A DNA stretch of 64,000 nucleotides from an uncultured Anaerolineales bacterium (GTDB taxonomy: Bacteria > Chloroflexota > Anaerolineae > Anaerolineales > UBA11858). The DNA lies in the NCBI GenBank assembly GCA_964419495.1, contig CAYQQX010000007.1, forward strand, positions 919 through 64,918, written 5' to 3'. A model generated the notes under the pieces. That model was not told the origin of the DNA, ran no database searches, and was given only the letters and a program-made list of their open reading frames with translations. Within the stretch, counting starts at the first letter, position 1. Every line of letters begins with the position of its first letter. A program made the translations under genes and the position numbers. Positions 57,858 to 64,000 of the stretch are shown in pieces.

Positions 57858-59186
57858 ATGAATTCATCTATTCCGTCTCCTGTCCTCAGTCGTCCCTCGC
57901 CGGATGGCCTAGCCATCCGAGTTGAAAATCTCGGCAAACAATATCGCATCGGATTAGCCCCGGAGAAATACCAAACATTGAGGGATTCTATAGTCAATGT
58001 GGTTACCTGGCCGATTCAACGCATCCGGCGTGGATTGGCTCCTTCAGGTGAAGATCATTTGGATACGATCTGGGCTCTTCGTGATGTCTCATTCAATGTG
58101 GAACAGGGCCAAATTTTAGGGGTGATTGGCCGCAATGGAGCTGGAAAAAGCACCTTGCTCAAAGTGTTGTCTCGAGTTACAGAACCGACCGAAGGTGAAG
58201 TTGAGATTCGCGGTCGAGTTGGTTCTCTTCTGGAAGTGGGTACAGGTTTTCATCCAGAGTTGACTGGTAGAGAAAACATATATCTAAACGGCGCTATCTT
58301 GGGAATGAAGCGTACCGAGATCGATATCAAATTCGATGAAATTGTAGATTTTTCTGGGGTAGAAAAGTTCATCGATACGCCAGTTAAGCGCTATTCTAGC
58401 GGCATGTATCTGCGCTTAGCCTTTGCCGTTGCAGCCCACTTGGAACCCGAAATCTTAGTTGTAGATGAGGTGTTGGCCGTTGGTGATGCTGAATTTCAGC
58501 GCAAATGTCTTGGCAAAATGAGCGATGTAGCCCAAGAGGGCCGTACCGTTTTGTTTGTGAGTCATGATATGTCGTCGATCTTGCGGTTAACGGAAGAAGC
58601 CATCGTTCTGGACAAAGGCCAAATTGTATACCGAGCTCCAACAGTTGAAGCCGTTGATTATTATATGGTGTCAGGTTTTTCAGAAGCAGGCGAACGCATT
58701 TGGGATGCTGATGAAATCCCTGATGCTTCAAAACCATTTAAACCCATGGCACTGCGCGTGCGTAACGCCAGCGGAAACAATGTTGACGTGGTCCGCTCGA
58801 CAGAGGCAATCACCCTCGAGGTTGAATATTCTTTAGATCAACCCATCCAAGGGTTGCGTGTTGGTCTCTACTTGATGAGCGCGCGTGGTGAATACGTCAT
58901 GACCACCTTCGACACTGATGAACCTGATCAATATGATAAATTCGGTGTACGACCCGCAGGGCACTTTGTCAGCAGCTGCACTATCCCTGCTGATCTGCTC
59001 AACGAAGGGCGTTATACGGTTGGGATGAATGCCAGCTCATTTCGTGTCAAACGCTATTTTATGGATGAGCGAGCGTTGACGTTCACCGTTGATGGCATGG
59101 GTGCACCTGGGAAACAATGGTCTGAAACCCGTATGGGATTAGTGAGACCGCGGCTATCTTGGCAAATCAGATCGGTTGGAAAATAG
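57858..59186 (+). CDS. wzt: ABC polysaccharide exporter ATPase with C-terminal Wzt_C domain (copy 2)
   Basis: GRNGAGKST, YSSGM, LVVDEVLAVGD, VSH, C-terminal extension. Confidence 0.92.
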   Translation: MNSSIPSPVLSRPSPDGLAIRVENLGKQYRIGLAPEKYQTLRDSIVNVVTWPIQRIRRGLAPSGEDHLDTIWALRDVSFNVEQGQILGVIGRNGAGKSTLLKVLSRVTEPTEGEVEIRGRVGSLLEVGTGFHPELTGRENIYLNGAILGMKRTEIDIKFDEIVDFSGVEKFIDTPVKRYSSGMYLRLAFAVAAHLEPEILVVDEVLAVGDAEFQRKCLGKMSDVAQEGRTVLFVSHDMSSILRLTEEAIVLDKGQIVYRAPTVEAVDYYMVSGFSEAGERIWDADEIPDASKPFKPMALRVRNASGNNVDVVRSTEAITLEVEYSLDQPIQGLRVGLYLMSARGEYVMTTFDTDEPDQYDKFGVRPAGHFVSSCTIPADLLNEGRYTVGMNASSFRVKRYFMDERALTFTVDGMGAPGKQWSETRMGLVRPRLSWQIRSVGK

Positions 59187-59188
59187 CA

Positions 59189-60778
59189 ATGCTTTCAAAT
59201 GACAAGATTAAGAACATCCTTGGTGAAATTCCACTGACTGCCGAATTGGTCTGGTTGATGCGTCAAAGTGGGTCCCCTCCTGTGGGAGGATATCATCTCG
59301 ATAGGGTTATCGAAAATCTTCCACTTTGGCTCTCACAAGCGAAAGCAGCTTCTCGAAAAATTGACAATCCCAAGAACATCCTGATTTTTAGTATGCTCAG
59401 TTATTGGATTGAACACAGCCTGTTGATGGCGCTGACCTTCGCGGCTTTGGGGCACGATGTCACCCTGGCATATTTGCCCTATTCCCAATGGAAAAAACCG
59501 ATCAATCGTTTTGACCTGCGCAGACAAAATATCTATATTCAAGAAACACTGAAACCAGCAGAATCATTTATCAAAATAGTGCCCTTTTTGGACGCGTCCT
59601 TGTCTAATTCATTGCCCTCTGATTTGGAAAAGAAAATGGAATCGGCTGCGTTTCGTGATACGCAATACAGCCAACTTCGGGAAGATGTGGATACAGATAG
59701 TGATTTGTATCGTTTAAGAATGGAGCGCAATCGAATCCATGCCAGGAGAATGCTAGCACACATTGAAAAAGATCGACCAGACGTTGTGGTGGTACCCAAT
59801 GGCAGTATCCTGGAATTTGGTATCACTTATCACGTGGCACGCTCATCGCATGTGTCAGTCATGTCGTTTGAATTTGGCGAGCAGAATGACCGCATGTGGC
59901 TGGCACAAAATGATGATGTTATGCGTCAGGATACGAGCAAGTTGTGGGATGCTAAGAAAAGTGTTCCACTTTCTGAAGATGAGTGGGGAAGAGTCAAAGA
60001 TTTCTTTGCTGCACGTCAAAAGGGTGATCTTTGGGAAACCTTCGTGCGACTTTGGCAGGAAACACCTGTTCAATTGGGGGGCGATGTTCGACAGGAATTG
60101 GGACTTGATTCTCGCCCCGTGGTTTTTCTTCCCACCAATGTGCTCGGAGATAGCCTAACCCTCGGGAGGCAACTCTTCAGTGAAAGCATGACTGAATGGC
60201 TGAAGAAGACAATCGAATACTTCATCCAACGCCACGATGTCCAATTTGTAATCAAAACGCATCCTGGAGAACTTATTGGCTGGGGTCCGGCCGTTTATGA
60301 TATTTTGAATAATATGTTCCCTGAGTTACCCGAACATATCCATCTTTTGGCAGCGGATGCCAAGATCAATGCCTACGATTTGGTGCATATGGCCGATGTG
60401 GGTCTTGTTTTTACGACAACCATGGGTATGGAGATGGCAATGAGCGGGTTGCCGGTTATCGTAACAGGCCAGACGCATTATCGGGATAAAGGTTTTACTT
60501 TGGACCCAGATTCGTGGGACTCATTTTTCGAGATTCTCCAGCGGGTGTTGGAAAATCCAGAAAAGCACCGACCAACTCGGGCTCAGGTTGAATCTGCCTG
60601 GACATATGCATATCGCTTCTTCTTTGAATATCCCCAGCCCTATCCATGGCATGTGCAATATTTTGAAGAAGATATTAGCCGTTGGCCATTAGAAAAGGTT
60701 TTATCGGAAGAAGGGTTATCGAAATTTGGTGCCTCCTTTGAATATTTGCTTGGAAAACCCATGAAATGGGATTTGTAA
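59189..60778 (+). CDS. KpsS/capsule-synthesis-like GT-B protein, candidate nonulosonate transferase
   Basis: FLPTNVLGDS, FVIKTHPGE, TTTMGMEMAMSGLPVIV..HY..KGFT; start ATG 59189. Confidence 0.6.
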   Translation: MLSNDKIKNILGEIPLTAELVWLMRQSGSPPVGGYHLDRVIENLPLWLSQAKAASRKIDNPKNILIFSMLSYWIEHSLLMALTFAALGHDVTLAYLPYSQWKKPINRFDLRRQNIYIQETLKPAESFIKIVPFLDASLSNSLPSDLEKKMESAAFRDTQYSQLREDVDTDSDLYRLRMERNRIHARRMLAHIEKDRPDVVVVPNGSILEFGITYHVARSSHVSVMSFEFGEQNDRMWLAQNDDVMRQDTSKLWDAKKSVPLSEDEWGRVKDFFAARQKGDLWETFVRLWQETPVQLGGDVRQELGLDSRPVVFLPTNVLGDSLTLGRQLFSESMTEWLKKTIEYFIQRHDVQFVIKTHPGELIGWGPAVYDILNNMFPELPEHIHLLAADAKINAYDLVHMADVGLVFTTTMGMEMAMSGLPVIVTGQTHYRDKGFTLDPDSWDSFFEILQRVLENPEKHRPTRAQVESAWTYAYRFFFEYPQPYPWHVQYFEEDISRWPLEKVLSEEGLSKFGASFEYLLGKPMKWDL

Positions 60779-60779
60779 A

Positions 60780-61646
60780 ATGACATCAGAATTAGAAATT
60801 AAACAGAATGTACGGGAATTCTATGATCAGGTGGGCTGGCAAGAGGTCAGCGAGGGGATTTATCAGAACGCGCGTTATGAAGATTTACGGCCGGTATCAC
60901 GTGAATATATCCATCGTTGTCATCTAAGAGTATTGCGCCATTTGGAGTCTGAGGGCAAGTACTTACTGGACGCAGGCAGCGGACCTATCCAATATCCTGA
61001 ATATTTGGAATATTCTAAGGGATATGATTTCCGTGTATGCGTCGATATCTCCCACGTGGCATTGAAAGATGCTTGCAAACGCACTGGTGAGCATGGCCTA
61101 TGTGTTGTTGCCGATGTTGCAAACCTTCCTTTCAAGCCGGGTGTATTTGAAGGCCTTGTCTCATTGCATACTATTCACCATTTACCTTCTGACGAGCATG
61201 TCCCGGCATACCAGGAGTTGTACCGCGTTCTGGCTAAAGAATGCCAGGCGGTTATTGTCAATGGTTGGGGTGAGGCCTTAATCCCTCAAATTTTAGCTTC
61301 CCCAATGCGCTGGACTAATCGGATCATAGGTATTTTACGCAGGATATTTGGTGTTGCACCACCAGTGCACCCAGCAAAACCTAAGAAAGATTCCGATGAA
61401 AACAAACCCAAAAGTACCTTTGTTCGCAAGTATGGCGCTGAATGGCTTAAAAGCCAATTATCCCCTTTGATGCCGTTTGAGATTTTTGTCTGGCGTGGAG
61501 TTGGCGTAAAGCATTTGCGTACTTTTATACATAAAGGATTTGGCGGACGCATCTTATTGCGTTTGTTGTTTTGGCTAGAAGATATGTTTCCGCATTTCTT
61601 TGGTGAGAATGGTCAATACCCGATGTTTGTCATCCGAAAATCCTAA
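60780..61646 (+). CDS. Class I SAM-dependent methyltransferase
   Basis: LLDAGSG, VCVDIS, ADVANLPF, SLHTIHH. Confidence 0.85.
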   Translation: MTSELEIKQNVREFYDQVGWQEVSEGIYQNARYEDLRPVSREYIHRCHLRVLRHLESEGKYLLDAGSGPIQYPEYLEYSKGYDFRVCVDISHVALKDACKRTGEHGLCVVADVANLPFKPGVFEGLVSLHTIHHLPSDEHVPAYQELYRVLAKECQAVIVNGWGEALIPQILASPMRWTNRIIGILRRIFGVAPPVHPAKPKKDSDENKPKSTFVRKYGAEWLKSQLSPLMPFEIFVWRGVGVKHLRTFIHKGFGGRILLRLLFWLEDMFPHFFGENGQYPMFVIRKS

Positions 61647-61677
61647 AAATTGATATTGTGATTATGATGGAGATAAT

Positions 61678-62685
61678 ATGAACTGGAAAGATAAAGTTGT
61701 CTTAGTTACCGGAGGTACCGGTTCTTTTGGAAAAAAATTCACCAGAGTTTTGCTAGATGAGTTTCAGCCAGCTAAACTGATTGTGTTTAGCCGTGATGAA
61801 CTGAAACAGCATGAAATGCGGGTGGCAGGTTTCGATCACCCCAATTTGCGCTATTTTATTGGCGATGTGCGTGATCTAGAACGTCTCAAACGAGCGATGC
61901 AATCTGTGGATATTGTGGTACATGCGGCTGCTCTCAAGCAGGTTCCAGCGTGCGAATATAATCCCATGGAAGCAGTAAAAACAAATATCCTTGGCAGCAG
62001 CAATGTGGTCGATGCCGCCTTAGATACTGGTGTCAAAAAAGTGTTGGCTCTAAGTACAGATAAAGCTGTGAATCCAGTAAATTTGTACGGAGCCACAAAA
62101 CTCGCCGCCGAAAAGCTGGTCATCCAAAGCAATGCCTATGCCGGGAAGTACGAAACTCGGTTGAGCTGCGTTCGTTATGGTAATGTTGTTGGCAGCCGCG
62201 GTAGCGTGGTCCCCGTGTTCCTACGTCAACGAGAAAATGGCCAACTGACCATTACCGATAAACGGATGACACGCTTCTGGCTCTCCTTAGAGCAGGGTGT
62301 TCGCTTTGTGATCAAAAATATTGAAAACATGCAGGGTGGTGAAGTCTTCGTGCCAAAAATCCCTAGTATGAAAGTTGTTGATTTAGCGAAAGCCATGGCT
62401 CCAGATGCGGAATTAGATTTTATTGGCATTCGCCCAGGCGAGAAGCTGCATGAGATGTTGATTTCACGGGATGAGTCTCGCACTACCATTGAGCTAGATG
62501 ATATGTTCGTTGTCCAACCAGCAGAAGCCTTCTGGTTTGGTGGTGGCTGGAAAGAGAAAGGAGAACCTGTTTCCGATGGTTTCCGTTATTCCAGCGCAGA
62601 AAATCCGGTATGGCTCGATGTTGAACAAATTGGTGAAATTGTAAAACCTTTTGAAGATGCATACGCCCAAGGGAATCTGACTTGA
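61678..62685 (+). CDS. pseB: UDP-N-acetylglucosamine 4,6-dehydratase (C5-inverting)
   Basis: TGGTGSFG, FSRDELKQ, HAAALKQVPACEYNP, LSTDKAVNPVNLYGATK, RYGNVVGSRGSV, RMTRFW, GGEVFVPKIPSM. Confidence 0.9.
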   Translation: MNWKDKVVLVTGGTGSFGKKFTRVLLDEFQPAKLIVFSRDELKQHEMRVAGFDHPNLRYFIGDVRDLERLKRAMQSVDIVVHAAALKQVPACEYNPMEAVKTNILGSSNVVDAALDTGVKKVLALSTDKAVNPVNLYGATKLAAEKLVIQSNAYAGKYETRLSCVRYGNVVGSRGSVVPVFLRQRENGQLTITDKRMTRFWLSLEQGVRFVIKNIENMQGGEVFVPKIPSMKVVDLAKAMAPDAELDFIGIRPGEKLHEMLISRDESRTTIELDDMFVVQPAEAFWFGGGWKEKGEPVSDGFRYSSAENPVWLDVEQIGEIVKPFEDAYAQGNLT

Positions 62686-62690
62686 TGATG

Positions 62691-62747
62691 TTTGCCTTGT
62701 ATTTGTTGTTTACTCGATGATGAAGTAAGCAATAAATACAGGGTAAA
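62691..62747 (+). other. 24-bp intercistronic RNA hairpin covering the translation-initiation region of the next gene
   Basis: 62691-62714 pairs with 62724-62747 with no mismatch if four G-U pairs are allowed; ends 4 nt before ATG 62752. Confidence 0.75.
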
Positions 62748-62751
62748 GACA

Positions 62752-63672
62752 ATGCGAATACTGATAACTGGTACGGGTGGTTTACTGGGGAGTAATCTGG
62801 CCTTAGAAGCTGCCAGTACCCACACTGTTTTCGGAGTTGACCGCAGTTGTTCTCAGAAAACAGAGGCCTTCACTCCAATTGTGGCCGATTTGTTAGACCC
62901 GGGTGCCGTGGAACGTATCCTTGATGATACTCAACCAGATTGGGTGATCCACTGTGCCGCACAGGCAAATGTAGATGCATGCGAGGACGATCCGGAAGCT
63001 GCCCGGGAATTGAATACAGAAGTACCACGAAAACTGGCACAGCATGTCGCCAGGGGCGGAGCGCGCCTGCTGCATGTTTCGACTGATGCAGTATTCGACG
63101 GTCAAGATGGGAATTATGCTGAGACTGACGTGCCAATTCCAATCAATGTCTATGCACAAACAAAGCTAGATGGGGAGAATGCCGTCCTCGCTGAGGCATC
63201 TAATGCCATTGTAGCTCGCATCAATATGTTTGGATGGAGCCCCACTGGCAAACGAAGTCTAGCAGAATTCTTCTATAACAATCTACGAGATGGCAATCAG
63301 GTAAAGGGTTTTACAGATGTTTATTTTTGTCCCTTGTTGGTAAATGACCTCGCGGGTATCTTTTATCAGATGTTAGAGAAGGGGCTCAATGGACTTTATC
63401 ATGTGGTTAGTAGTGAGAATATCAACAAATACGATTTTGGGGTCGCGATTGCTAATCGATTTGGCTTTGACACTCAACTTATTACACCCATATCCGTCAC
63501 ACAATCTGGGCTCAAGGCTGTTCGTTCTCCACAGCTAACGCTAAAAGTTGACAAACTTATCCACGATTTGGGGATCGTTCCTCCGGGTTTATCCCCAGCT
63601 ATAGATCGCTTTTATTCACTTTATCAACAGGGTTATCCACAAGTTATTCAGTCATTGTGTATTAATTATTGA
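62752..63672 (+). CDS. RmlD-like NAD(P)H-dependent 4-keto-sugar reductase (SDR)
   Basis: ITGTGGLLG, HCAAQANVDACE, HVSTDAVFDG, PINVYAQTK. Confidence 0.82.
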   Translation: MRILITGTGGLLGSNLALEAASTHTVFGVDRSCSQKTEAFTPIVADLLDPGAVERILDDTQPDWVIHCAAQANVDACEDDPEAARELNTEVPRKLAQHVARGGARLLHVSTDAVFDGQDGNYAETDVPIPINVYAQTKLDGENAVLAEASNAIVARINMFGWSPTGKRSLAEFFYNNLRDGNQVKGFTDVYFCPLLVNDLAGIFYQMLEKGLNGLYHVVSSENINKYDFGVAIANRFGFDTQLITPISVTQSGLKAVRSPQLTLKVDKLIHDLGIVPPGLSPAIDRFYSLYQQGYPQVIQSLCINY

Positions 63673-63777
63673 TGGTATGCAACCTAAAGAGAATCTGCCT
63701 GGAAATAGGGGGTCGGGGAGAATTCTCCCCGACCCCCTATTTCCAGGGAAACCTCACTACGTGTGCGTAACATGAGT
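63669..63777 (+). repeat. Conserved structured intergenic element, copy 3 (perfect 50-bp central palindrome)
   Basis: Same left and right blocks as copies 1 and 2; 63698-63747 is a perfect palindrome centred on GAATTC; its TTGA overlaps the upstream stop codon. Confidence 0.92.
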
Positions 63778-63839
63778 TTGTTAGCTATGCAGCAGCATAA
63801 GGATCAATCGTATTCCTAATCGAAGGCAGAGGTGTAACC

Positions 63840-64000
63840 ATGAATATCCCTTCTCCAGAAATTACAATTGCTGATCGAAAAGTCGGTCTAAATTACCCCA
63901 CATATTTTATTGCTGATATTGCCGCTAACCATGATGGTGATCTTGAGCGAGCCAAAATGCTCATTCTCCTTGCAAAAGATGCCGGCGCTGAAGCGGCTAA
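63840..64000 (+). CDS. neuB: Second NeuB-family nonulosonic acid synthase, 5' part (runs off the right edge)
   Basis: MNIPSPEITIADRKVGLNYPTYFIADIAANHDGDLERAKMLILLAKDAGAEAAK, the typical NeuB N-terminus; GAGG upstream. Confidence 0.85.
   Translation, partial: MNIPSPEITIADRKVGLNYPTYFIADIAANHDGDLERAKMLILLAKDAGAEAA

Noticed and set aside
62752-63672. Calling the reductase rmlD / a dTDP-rhamnose pathway
   Set aside because: No rmlA, rmlB or rmlC in the window, and its neighbour is pseB, so the symbol was withheld
14702-63777. The three repeated elements as a CRISPR array or canonical integron attC sites
   Set aside because: Copies are 19-30 kb apart with many genes between them, and no cas or integrase gene is in the window. 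The outer ends read GTT...AAC rather than the attC order RYYYAAC...GTTRRRY, and the inner AAC pairs with GTGTGC, not GTT.
1-64000. tRNA, rRNA, transposase, prophage or defence genes
   Set aside because: None recognised. Intergenic gaps are all under about 220 nt and mostly accounted for by the elements listed; a tRNAscan/Infernal run would be needed to exclude small RNAs formally.

Overview
Bacterial chromosomal window, most likely from an Anaerolineae (Chloroflexota) genome; this is inferred from gene content and protein style, not from a marker gene. Bases 1-14.7 kb hold housekeeping and signalling genes: two cytoplasmic GAF histidine kinases, an SCP2 protein, a GT87-like membrane glycosyltransferase, nth, a Rhizobium-type asparaginase, a degenerate MBL-fold protein, a lipoprotein, divergent holB/pcrA, tsaE, tsaB and a family-4 UDG. 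From 14.7 kb to the window end is a co-directional cell-surface glycan locus of about 49 kb that runs off the right edge. It encodes nucleotide-sugar enzymes (UDP-sugar dehydrogenase, epimerases, two Gmd, Fcl, PseB, an RmlD-like reductase), a Wzx flippase, two Wzm/Wzt ABC pairs each followed by a KpsS-like protein, a NeuB-NeuC-NeuA set plus a second NeuB, several GT4/GT2 enzymes, four large GT-C-like membrane proteins, two LPG-synthase-TM flippase-like proteins, an AsnB amidotransferase, a B12 radical-SAM enzyme, methyltransferases and a wHTH regulator. The most striking unexplained structure is a 64-109 nt intergenic element present three times in the same orientation (14702, 33411, 63669). 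Each copy directly follows a stop codon and precedes a new block of glycan genes. It folds as a long rod whose central GC-rich hairpin is absent, 19 bp or a perfect 50-bp palindrome. It is a candidate undescribed cis-acting RNA (antitermination/processing) or DNA-hairpin site. Other notable points: twin ABC-exported nonulosonate modules, a possible 7-hydroxy (fusaminic-acid-like) nonulosonate route, a GT2 gene frameshifted at a G6 run, a 12-bp in-frame tandem repeat in pcrA and likely leaderless promoters. No rRNA, tRNA, CRISPR array or transposase was recognised. All counts were made by hand; no searches were run.
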